DNA from: a virus
Lineage: Duplodnaviria > Caudoviricetes
Direction: 5' to 3' (one strand)
DNA: 64,000 nucleotides
Virus record (IMG/VR): IMGVR_UViG_3300025437_000009
The translations under genes were made by a program, and so were the position numbers. Below, in pieces: positions 21,471 to 28,845 of the stretch (the first letter of the stretch is position 1; every line of letters begins with the position of its first letter). A model generated the notes under the pieces. It was given only the letters and a program-made list of their open reading frames with translations. It was not told where the DNA came from and did not search any database.

Positions 21471-21721
21471 AATAAGTTTGAGCAGACTAAAATCTGCTTT
21501 TCGACAGTGGACCACAATGCTAACGGGTTGCGATCCCGCAATAATAGCTCGCCTTCCCAGGCTCTTTCATGGTATCTAGCAACGCTTTCACAGTTTTAAA
21601 ATTTCTTATACCCTCGGAAGTATCCGATATTGCCTTGCCAGGCCACGGGGCTGGTACTACGACTGTTACTCACACTCCCACATGTATCAGATGGTCGCCA
21701 CACCGTCTGCTCAAACTTATT
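21471..21721 (-). ncRNA. candidate ~250-nt structured RNA
   Basis: 17-bp perfect terminal inverted repeat with internal hairpins and no credible ORF. Strand is inferred from the neighbours and one GNRA loop. Confidence 0.5.
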
Positions 21722-21726
21722 AATTC

Positions 21727-21813
21727 TGGCGGAGAGTATAGGAGTCGAACCTATCCACCCATTGCTGGATGACGCCTTAGCAGGGCGTTGCCTTACCGCT
21801 CGGCCAACTCTCC
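21727..21813 (-). tRNA. tRNA-Ser(GCU)
   Basis: Long variable arm, loop CTGCTAA, G73-CCA. Confidence 0.93.
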
Positions 21814-21821
21814 CAAAACTT

Positions 21822-22019
21822 TTATTCAGCGGCTTCTGCTGTTTCTACTACAGGTGCTACATAACCTAAATCACGAATTCTACGTTCAATTTTGGCTTTG
21901 ACCTTTTTCTTACTGGTTGTAGCCAGTAACTCAGTTAATTGTTTACCACTTAAACTAACAATCTTTACTCGGCCATCTTTTGTATAACCAGGTTTTTTAC
22001 GTTGTAAATTTTTTGACAT
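21822..22019 (-). CDS. small basic hypothetical protein
   Basis: 65 aa ORF with AGGA RBS. Confidence 0.65.
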   Translation of the reverse strand: MSKNLQRKKPGYTKDGRVKIVSLSGKQLTELLATTSKKKVKAKIERRIRDLGYVAPVVETAEAAE

Positions 22020-22027
22020 TCCTGTTC

Positions 22028-23107
22028 CTAATTTAAAAAATATCTCGTTAATATGTCTTGCGTAACACTAAAACTTTCATTGATTATAACATCTTTGTCT
22101 ATGTCTTGCAAGATATCTATCAAATGTTTGTAAGCTGAATTAGCCACTTTTTGAAACTGCTGTCGATTGTGTTCGCTGGGCTTTGGTTTACCACAGGTCT
22201 TTAAACTCTCCACTAGTCGATCTGCACGTTCTAGAGGATACTCTATAAGATCGTAAGACTCATCTATCACTTGACCAAATGTTTCAAATCCTAAACCTTG
22301 TAGTTTACGTAGACTATGCTGACCGCCGTATACCACAAATGGGTGTCCTAACATCAAACTCTTATAAGTCTTTTCTGTAGGGAACCATTCATTCTGTGTT
22401 GTTTCGCTTACAATGCTTATCTCAGTATTGTAGTAGTGACTGGGATAGTAAGCATAGAAACGGAAATCTGGGTGTACAAAGGGATCTGGCCAATCATCAT
22501 CAGGACCAAATCCATCTGCACTTTTACCTGACCTATGACTCCATATGCTAGAGTCTAGTAATCCAGCCGCTTTAAATAAATCAAAAAAACGTTCTCTATT
22601 GTTACGGAACTCTCCGTTGAAGAATAGAAACTTATGTGTTTTTGTTACTGTATCAATACGTTTACACGTATATTCTAAACGAGCACGATTAAACTCGTTG
22701 TTGATGATCCACGCAAAGAACTCCGGCATGTTATAGTTCTTTACGTAACCATCTATATCCCAATCGCCGCACTTGATTAAATGACCGTTAATGTTCTTTG
22801 CCTGTAATGCTTCAGCAGTAGGACAAAAACTTGCCGATAGTGTTGCGTAGCTTTCGCTAGGGTAATAAAATATAATATCATTGTTTCGTCCCGCGGCTTT
22901 CTCAAGGATACTGGAGGCAATAGCATTTCCAGGATCACCACAGGGGGTTTCCATAAGGAAACAGTCTGTAATAATGGTTCCACCATCAGGTACTGCATCT
23001 ACGTTGCATTCAACGTAGTCCACCCCGTACAGGTCTAGCGTAGCACGTAATAGATCAGCTTGCTTTTCTGCTGGACGTTTAAGTGGGTGTAAGATTAAGT
23101 ATAACAT
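22028..23107 (-). CDS. hypothetical protein of the ET..F.TEKT..PF...G family (paralog 1)
   Basis: SIVSET...FPTEKTYKSL..GHPFVVYG..GFETF..IDESYD. Start moved to ATG 23107 because the longer ORF begins inside a tRNA. Confidence 0.7.
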   Translation of the reverse strand: MLYLILHPLKRPAEKQADLLRATLDLYGVDYVECNVDAVPDGGTIITDCFLMETPCGDPGNAIASSILEKAAGRNNDIIFYYPSESYATLSASFCPTAEALQAKNINGHLIKCGDWDIDGYVKNYNMPEFFAWIINNEFNRARLEYTCKRIDTVTKTHKFLFFNGEFRNNRERFFDLFKAAGLLDSSIWSHRSGKSADGFGPDDDWPDPFVHPDFRFYAYYPSHYYNTEISIVSETTQNEWFPTEKTYKSLMLGHPFVVYGGQHSLRKLQGLGFETFGQVIDESYDLIEYPLERADRLVESLKTCGKPKPSEHNRQQFQKVANSAYKHLIDILQDIDKDVIINESFSVTQDILTRYFLN

Positions 23108-23110
23108 GTT

Positions 23111-23184
23111 TGGTTGCGGGTTCTGGAATCGCACCAGAGACTAGGGCTTATGAGACCCTCGAGATACTCCTTCTCCAACCCGCG
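23111..23184 (-). tRNA. tRNA-Met(CAU), initiator-like
   Basis: C1:A72 mismatch, GGG/CCC run in the anticodon stem, CCA. Confidence 0.85.
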
Positions 23185-23192
23185 ATAGTTTT

Positions 23193-23411
23193 TTATTTTA
23201 CTTTTGCTAGATAATCTGTCATGTTCAGATTACCCGACTGTGCTTCTAATAATGCATCTACTGCGGTTACAAATCCATTGTTTTCTTTAGCACGTACTTT
23301 AAGTTCTCTTGTACGTTGTGCCGCGGCAATAACCAAATCAAAACGACCTTGCCCAGTTTTTTCAACGCACTTTTCAACATCTACCTGTGATGCACGAGTT
23401 TCTTTTTTCAT
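23193..23411 (-). CDS. rpoZ: RNA polymerase omega subunit
   Basis: GRFDLVIAAAQRTREL matches the omega signature (xRFxLVxxAAxRAxxL). 72 aa. Confidence 0.75.
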   Translation of the reverse strand: MKKETRASQVDVEKCVEKTGQGRFDLVIAAAQRTRELKVRAKENNGFVTAVDALLEAQSGNLNMTDYLAKVK

Positions 23412-23434
23412 TGTAGCCTTATGGTTAAGTTATT

Positions 23435-23520
23435 TGGTGCGACTGGCCAGAATCGAACTGGCACTCCATTATAGAATCAGATTTTAAGTCTGACGTGTCT
23501 ACCGATTTCACCACAGTCGC
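23435..23520 (-). tRNA. tRNA-Leu(UAA)
   Basis: Type II cloverleaf, loop CTTAAAA, CCA. Confidence 0.95.
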
Positions 23521-23545
23521 AGTAGTATACTATTATAGAGGTTTT

Positions 23546-24052
23546 TTAAGACTTTGTCAAATATTTTAAGATTCTATCTGGACCTAATGCAAAGTATTGC
23601 CGTTTTGGTTTGCAATAGTTCTTAAATGAAAAATTTTTATCTAACGGATTACTATATACCTTTACAATTTCATTGTTTTCAAATAGTGCAACGTATTGCC
23701 AGAGTCGAGTTAACTCGTCAAGATCTCGATCAGTTCCAACGTAATTTTTTATTCGTAGTGTAAATTGACTGTCACTATCAACTATTGGGATTAGGTCCGG
23801 TCCGTGGATATCAACATATGGAATTAGGAACGCAGTATTGCTTACCGCACAAACATGATCTACTCCCGAGTCTTTTAACTCCGAGTGTGCTGATTGATAT
23901 CTTTTAATTTGATCCCAAGAATTGATGTTTGCTGGCAGTGGCAAACTAAAAACCACTGTGCGACAGCCCGTAAAAAGATCTGCATAATCATTACAATTAT
24001 GCAGTCCTTTAAGTTTTTTAGTATTTAGATTTTCTTGAAAATCAACAGCCAT
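23546..24052 (-). CDS. degenerate peroxiredoxin (Prx5/redoxin)-like protein
   Basis: DLFTGCRTVVFSLP and GVDHVCAVSN resemble Prx5, but PxxxTxxC is missing. Confidence 0.5.
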   Translation of the reverse strand: MAVDFQENLNTKKLKGLHNCNDYADLFTGCRTVVFSLPLPANINSWDQIKRYQSAHSELKDSGVDHVCAVSNTAFLIPYVDIHGPDLIPIVDSDSQFTLRIKNYVGTDRDLDELTRLWQYVALFENNEIVKVYSNPLDKNFSFKNYCKPKRQYFALGPDRILKYLTKS

Positions 24053-24056
24053 TGAA

Positions 24057-25046
24057 TTACGATTTAATAATACCGTCCAATAGTCCTGCTTGGAAGAACG
24101 TTTGATACTTATCGTATAATGGCTTAGTTAGTTCTTTATACTGTGCTGTTTCTTCTTCAGTTAATTCACGGTATGTAACACCGATATCATCGTGATTATC
24201 TTTAGCAGCAAATTCTTCAGAATCATTAACTGACCATTGACGTTCAAGTTTGCTTGCGTATAAACTTGCTTCTGTAAATGCCTGTTGATCAACGGCGTCC
24301 AAAGACTCCCAGAAACTCTTGCTAATAATAATACTTGTTAAGAACAAATTATGTTTTGTATTAATAAGATGTTTTTTGTTTGTGCCTTGGAACTGTGCTA
24401 GATAACGTGGAATTGTTGTTTCTAATAAGTTGGCATTAAACCCTTCTTCAGCCACTTTCTTGGCCCAATCTCTAATAGAGAATGATTCAGGTTTACTACC
24501 CAATGCTTGTACAGTATCTACTGTTACTGGATTAGTACCAATAGCATAAACTAATCCTTTCATGTCCTCTAAACTATTAATAGGAGTTTCAGAAGCCACA
24601 CAGCGGAAACCACCAGAGTAAGTAAATGCCATGCCCTTAGCCGGACTATTTTCTTCTACTGAATCTAACAGGCCTTTACCAATTGGTCCTTCAAACACAC
24701 GAGTTGCATGATCATGATCACGGAATAAGAATGGCATCTCAAGTACCCAAAAATCTGGATTACACCACATAGCTAATTCATTGATATGAACTTGACTAAT
24801 TTCAATGTTTCCTTGTTCCATTTCAACGATTGGGCCGTTGTCTCGGTAAAAGTTACCCATATTGCCTTTGTACTGTTCATGCTCTTTTGCCACTTGGTCA
24901 AAGTAATGTGTTGGGGTAAAAATTTCAATTTCGTATTTTCCATCAGTTAATTCAGCAATTTTAGCACTAAACGCTTCGGCTGTACGCAGGAATAGTTTCA
25001 CAGGCTCGTGTGCGATTAACCAACGGATTTTTCTTGTTTGACTCAT
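24057..25046 (-). CDS. dctP: TRAP-type solute-binding protein (DctP-like)
   Basis: ELTDGKYEIEIF, LEMPFLFRDHDHA, YSGGFR, INSLEDMKGL. Start ATG 25046 with GGAG RBS. Confidence 0.7.
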   Translation of the reverse strand: MSQTRKIRWLIAHEPVKLFLRTAEAFSAKIAELTDGKYEIEIFTPTHYFDQVAKEHEQYKGNMGNFYRDNGPIVEMEQGNIEISQVHINELAMWCNPDFWVLEMPFLFRDHDHATRVFEGPIGKGLLDSVEENSPAKGMAFTYSGGFRCVASETPINSLEDMKGLVYAIGTNPVTVDTVQALGSKPESFSIRDWAKKVAEEGFNANLLETTIPRYLAQFQGTNKKHLINTKHNLFLTSIIISKSFWESLDAVDQQAFTEASLYASKLERQWSVNDSEEFAAKDNHDDIGVTYRELTEEETAQYKELTKPLYDKYQTFFQAGLLDGIIKS

Positions 25047-25156
25047 TTGGGGATTCTCCACTTTCGTAGTAAGATTATATAGTATTATTTATGTCAATAA
25101 ACAACTTTCAATCAAAACTCAACAATAAATAGTTGTATCTTAGTAGTAATCAATCA

Positions 25157-26440
25157 ATGTCAAATAAAATAGAACATACTTCCGCTGGCGGAATCCGCTT
25201 TGAACCAAATAAAAAATTAGGTTATTACATTGTTAATAATGAAATTTATTACAATAAAAATCAGGCCATGCTAGCTGGATCTAAATATCCAATTGATGTT
25301 GGCGGGTTAAACAATGATCCGGTACGTTGGATGTTCAATGAAGATACTTTTTTAAAGTTTCCCTGGCACATAGAACCTCAAGTTCCCCTCAACGAACTAT
25401 ACCGTATTCGTGCTCAACAGCTTAGAGACCAGTACGATTACATACGCTTAGAACTCAGTGGTGGAGCTGATAGCACGACCGTAGCCTATGCATTTTTATT
25501 AAATGGTATACACTTAGACGAAGTTGTGTTTCGTTATCCTAAGTCCGGTTCTAAGAATTTTTCAGGTGATCCGTGGGATACCGAAAGTCGAAATCATCTA
25601 AGCGAATGGGAATTTGCGGCCCGACCCTTGTTAGAATGGATTGCCACTAATTATCCTAAAGTTAAAATAACTGTACACGATTTTGTTGACGAGATTGTTA
25701 AAGAACAGGCCAACGACGAAAACTGGATTTATAAAACACGGCATTACATACATCCTGGTCATGTACACAAACACACTATAGATAAAACCTTAGCAGATAC
25801 TGGTAAACGTATTGGTGTAGTCTACGGTATTGATAAGCCTAAGATCTGTGTCAAAGATGGTAAGTTTTTTATATACTTTGTAGATACACAGGCCAGTAAC
25901 AATCATCCCGAAGTGGGTGATTATACTAATATTACCAACGAATTTTTCTACTGGTCTCCTGATGCTTGCGAACTGTTGGCCAAACAGGCACATGTGATTA
26001 AGACCTGGTTTAGTATGCCAGCACATCATAATATGAGTCATGTTTTGCAATGGCCCAATCAAGATTACAGCACGCGGACCTTTCGAGAACAAATACTTAA
26101 ACCTATCATTTATCCTGATTACGATTTTAGTACATTCCAAACTGCTAAAAGTACTACATCACTCTACGCAGAAATGGATAGTTGGTTTTTTACTAATTTT
26201 CGAGATACCGATTTATATGCAACCTGGACAGCAGGCATAGATTATTTAGAAAAAAATCTCAATGAAAGATATTTTAAGTCTTTTCAAAATACAATTATGG
26301 ATATTAAACAGTACCAATCGCCATTTTATTACATTGGTGATAGTACTATTAAAAATTCTAAACCGTTTCAGCCCACAAAACAACAGATACAGCAATCTCG
26401 GCACATACATTATATACGTGGTCGTTTAGAAATATATTAA
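25157..26440 (+). CDS. PP-loop (adenine nucleotide alpha-hydrolase-like) protein, paralog A
   Basis: LRAQQLRDQYDYIRLELSGGADS. ATAAATA upstream at 25125-25131. Confidence 0.65.
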   Translation: MSNKIEHTSAGGIRFEPNKKLGYYIVNNEIYYNKNQAMLAGSKYPIDVGGLNNDPVRWMFNEDTFLKFPWHIEPQVPLNELYRIRAQQLRDQYDYIRLELSGGADSTTVAYAFLLNGIHLDEVVFRYPKSGSKNFSGDPWDTESRNHLSEWEFAARPLLEWIATNYPKVKITVHDFVDEIVKEQANDENWIYKTRHYIHPGHVHKHTIDKTLADTGKRIGVVYGIDKPKICVKDGKFFIYFVDTQASNNHPEVGDYTNITNEFFYWSPDACELLAKQAHVIKTWFSMPAHHNMSHVLQWPNQDYSTRTFREQILKPIIYPDYDFSTFQTAKSTTSLYAEMDSWFFTNFRDTDLYATWTAGIDYLEKNLNERYFKSFQNTIMDIKQYQSPFYYIGDSTIKNSKPFQPTKQQIQQSRHIHYIRGRLEIY

Positions 26441-26442
26441 TT

Positions 26443-26532
26443 TGGCGGAAGCGGTGAGATTCGAACTCACGGACCTTTTACAGTCGACAGTTTTCAAGAC
26501 TGTTGCAATCAACCGGGCTCTGCCACGCTTCC
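26443..26532 (-). tRNA. tRNA-Ser(UGA)
   Basis: Long variable arm, loop CTTGAAA, G73-CCA. Confidence 0.95.
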
Positions 26533-26538
26533 ATTGTT

Positions 26539-26620
26539 TGGTACCCCAGACGGGACTCGAACCCGCACAGTACTGTCTCTTGAACAGTTGCGTCTACCTA
26601 GTATTTTGCGCCACTGGGGT
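26539..26620 (-). tRNA. atypical Leu-like tRNA (anticodon ambiguous, AAG or CAA)
   Basis: Perfect acceptor and T arms, Leu-type GGTAGACGC, loop TCAAGAG, short variable loop. Confidence 0.6.
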
Positions 26621-26622
26621 GT

Positions 26623-26698
26623 TGGTGGTAATAGTTAGATTCGAACTAACGACCTGCGCCGTATGAAGGCGATGCACTACCGCTGTGCTATATTACCA
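26623..26698 (-). tRNA. tRNA-Met/Ile2(CAU)
   Basis: Loop TTCATAC, U1-A72, CCA. Confidence 0.88.
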
Positions 26699-26711
26699 TA
26701 TTGAAACACAC

Positions 26712-26903
26712 TTAATAAATGTACTTTAATATGGTAGGACCGGTCAGACTTGAACTGACAACCTCGAAGTTAAAAGCCTCTTGCTCTGCCTTTGAGCTAC
26801 GATCCCTCTGTTTCGTTAGCTTACGTAGAGCTTTATTGCTCTTGCGGTGCGAGCCCGCCTTCCGTTTACTAGCTAGTACAGCATAAATGTTTCTTTGTTT
26901 CAT
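26712..26903 (-). CDS. Lys/Arg-rich small ORF reading through tRNA-Lys
   Basis: AGGAG RBS, MKQRNIYAVLASKRKAGSHRKSNKALRK... Confidence 0.45.
   Translation of the reverse strand: MKQRNIYAVLASKRKAGSHRKSNKALRKLTKQRDRSSKAEQEAFNFEVVSSSLTGPTILKYIY
26732..26806 (-). tRNA. tRNA-Lys(UUU)
   Basis: Loop CTTTTAA, CCA. Confidence 0.93.
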
Positions 26904-26923
26904 TTTACTTCTCCTTTTTAAAT

Positions 26924-26998
26924 TGGTCCGGCGTAGAGGAATCGAACCTCTATTGAGAGATTAGAAGTCTCCAGTATTATCCATTATACTAACGCCAG
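26924..26998 (-). tRNA. tRNA-Arg(UCU)
   Basis: Loop CTTCTAA, CCA. Confidence 0.93.
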
Positions 26999-26999
26999 G

Positions 27000-27075
27000 T
27001 GGGGTAACTGATGGGATTCGAACCCACGACAACTGGAATCACAATCCAGGATTCTACCGCTGAACTACAGTTACC
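27000..27075 (-). tRNA. tRNA-His(GUG)
   Basis: G-1:C73 pair, loop TTGTGAT. Confidence 0.95.
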
Positions 27076-27081
27076 ATTGTT

Positions 27082-27157
27082 TGGTGCCTCCTCCTGGTTT
27101 CGCGCCAGGCTATCCAGCTCTTCAGACTGGCGCTTTCACTAGATTAGCTTAAGAGGC
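27082..27157 (-). tRNA. tRNA-Phe(GAA), atypical D/T loops
   Basis: Loop CTGAAGA, T loop CGCGAAA, CCA. Confidence 0.8.
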
Positions 27158-27159
27158 AT

Positions 27160-27233
27160 TGGTAGAGGTACAAGGACTCGAACCTTGAATGACGGAATCA
27201 AAATCCGTAGTGTTGCCATTACACCATACCTCA
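27160..27233 (-). tRNA. tRNA-Gln(UUG)
   Basis: Loop TTTTGAT, U1 mismatch, CCA. Confidence 0.92.
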
Positions 27234-27244
27234 ATTGTAGAATT

Positions 27245-27652
27245 TTAATTCCTCTGCCATTTAATTCTATTCCAGATTCTTTCATGTACTATGTTTAAGC
27301 TAGTATTTACAACCAGCTGTATCGTAGCAAAACTTCCCGATGTAGTTAAGTTACCAGTAAAATAATAAGTAATTCCTGTGGCAGTGGCAAACATAATTAT
27401 TCGCCATACTATAGTTTTAACTATTGTTCTTGCGTGACTTTCGTGTAAGTCACTAATACCCCAGTTGACTCTAAGCCATGCTCTTTCATGTAGGGCATAT
27501 AAAATAGTATTAATAATCAATTGACTCAATGCTATCGAACCAGATATAACAAAATTTTTAGTCAGCAAGTATGCAGTTATAACACCGACAAGTGTTGTAT
27601 AAGTGCGCCAAGTTATTGTTTTGACTAACGTACGGGTTGGGTATTCAATCAT
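27245..27652 (-). CDS. DUF2061-like membrane protein (tandem duplicated domain)
   Basis: RTLVKTITWR...HERAW repeated as RTIVKTIVWR...HERIW. Confidence 0.7.
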   Translation of the reverse strand: MIEYPTRTLVKTITWRTYTTLVGVITAYLLTKNFVISGSIALSQLIINTILYALHERAWLRVNWGISDLHESHARTIVKTIVWRIIMFATATGITYYFTGNLTTSGSFATIQLVVNTSLNIVHERIWNRIKWQRN

Positions 27653-27676
27653 ACTGATTCTTTCTTTAAGTTATTA

Positions 27677-27753
27677 TGGTCGGAGTGGCAAGATTTGAAC
27701 TCGCGACATCTGCGTCCCAAACGCAGCGGTCTACCGGGCTGACCTACACTCCG
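27677..27753 (-). tRNA. tRNA-Pro(UGG)
   Basis: Loop TTTGGGA, C1-G72, CCA. Confidence 0.95.
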
Positions 27754-27758
27754 ATGTA

Positions 27759-27832
27759 TGGTGGAGGATGAGAGAATCGAACTCTCAATCTCGGCTTGCA
27801 AAGCCGATGTTATCCCATTTAACTAATCCCCC
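27759..27832 (-). tRNA. tRNA-Ala(UGC)
   Basis: Loop TTTGCAA, G3:U70, CCA. Confidence 0.95.
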
Positions 27833-27836
27833 AATT

Positions 27837-27912
27837 TGGTACAAGGTAAAGGGATCGAACCTTTGACCTACGGCTTGTAAGGCCGCCGCTCTACCAGCTG
27901 AGCTAACCTTGC
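27837..27912 (-). tRNA. tRNA-Val(UAC)
   Basis: Loop CTTACAA, CCA. Confidence 0.95.
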
Positions 27913-27922
27913 ATAATTCATT

Positions 27923-27999
27923 TGGCCGGCCCTGACGGATTCGAACCGCCAACCGCTAGTTTCGAAGACTAGAACTCTAATCCATTGAGCTAAGGGCCG
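27923..27999 (-). tRNA. tRNA-Arg(UCG)
   Basis: Loop CTTCGAA, CCA. Confidence 0.93.
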
Positions 28000-28002
28000 A
28001 TT

Positions 28003-28080
28003 TGGAGCAACGGGTAGGATTTGAACCTACGGCTTTCAGGATTTGCAGTCCCGTGCATTGGGCCACTCTGCCACCGTTGC
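28003..28080 (-). tRNA. tRNA-Cys(GCA)
   Basis: Loop CTGCAAA, U73-CCA. Confidence 0.93.
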
Positions 28081-28086
28081 ATTGTT

Positions 28087-28163
28087 TGGTGCCTCGACCA
28101 AGACTCGAACTTGGGACCCCCGCGTTATCAACACGGTGCTCTAACCAACTGAGCTATCGAGGC
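28087..28163 (-). tRNA. tRNA-Ile(GAU)
   Basis: Loop TTGATAA, CCA. Confidence 0.95.
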
Positions 28164-28167
28164 TGAT

Positions 28168-28329
28168 TGGTGCCGGTTGATTGGCTCAAGCCGGCAAAGC
28201 CTGTTACATTGCAGGACCGTTGCCGTTCCTGAATCCCACTACACCACCTTCGGCCTGTCTGACGCTGTTCTATCCTGCCAGAAGAAGTCTCCAAAGTGGT
28301 TGAGTTTGGATGACGCTGTTAGATGGTGA
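28168..28329 (-). ncRNA. candidate ~160-nt RNA ending in a hairpin plus CCA
   Basis: 3' end TGCCGG-C-TTGA-gccaa-TCAA-CCGGCA-CCA. Two copies of AACAGCGTCA. Confidence 0.35.
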
Positions 28330-28704
28330 TTATTTTGAACTGAGTTGCTCGATGCGAGCGATTGATTCGGGTGTTGCTTCTTCATCGAGTCCTTCTTGCC
28401 GCTGGGTATCAAATGCTATTTTCCAGGTTTTAGGATCAGGATTGGTAGCACTCATGTTTCCTTGATGATTACGATTGTATTCAGCCATTGCTTGTTCGGC
28501 ATTCATATCAGTCAACACTCTTGCGTAGAACCAGGCCTGATGCCAAGTAAACGGATCAATCCATTTGTTTTCACTTTTTGCTTGTGCTAACGCTGGTTCT
28601 AACCGAGGGTCGTGCGGCAATGTTCTGTCTTTCTTAAAGCGGTCAAAGATACCCTCGTGGATCTTGCCATCTACTAAGTCAATGTATTCTCTAAGTGTTT
28701 TCAT
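28330..28704 (-). CDS. hypothetical late protein
   Basis: Start moved to MKTLREYIDLV, 5 nt after CTAAATA. Confidence 0.7.
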   Translation of the reverse strand: MKTLREYIDLVDGKIHEGIFDRFKKDRTLPHDPRLEPALAQAKSENKWIDPFTWHQAWFYARVLTDMNAEQAMAEYNRNHQGNMSATNPDPKTWKIAFDTQRQEGLDEEATPESIARIEQLSSK

Positions 28705-28714
28705 AATAATATTT

Positions 28715-28743
28715 AGTTTAACATAAGATATTCTATTTGTCAA
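28715..28743 (-). promoter_or_regulatory. sigma70-type promoter
   Basis: TTGACA-17-TAAACT. Confidence 0.6.
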
Positions 28744-28845
28744 GTCCTAAAAAGTGCGTGTGTCCGTGGATAGATGATAAATAAAAGTGTAGTTCGCGGT
28801 GGTGGAACACCCAACTACTCTAACGCAACAAAGGAGCGATCAGCA

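Noticed and set aside
21471-21721. Firm call as RNase P RNA
   Set aside because: There is no GAGGAAAGUCC and no complementary CGGCUU to form the bulged P4. It is kept only as an unclassified ncRNA.
25071-25100. sigma70 promoter TTGACA...TATAAT for dctP
   Set aside because: The spacer is only 12 nt. The embedded ATAAATA is the more plausible element.
28260-28320. CRISPR mini-array from the AACAGCGTCA repeats
   Set aside because: There are only two 10-nt copies, far too short for CRISPR repeats. No cas genes or arrays were seen in the window.
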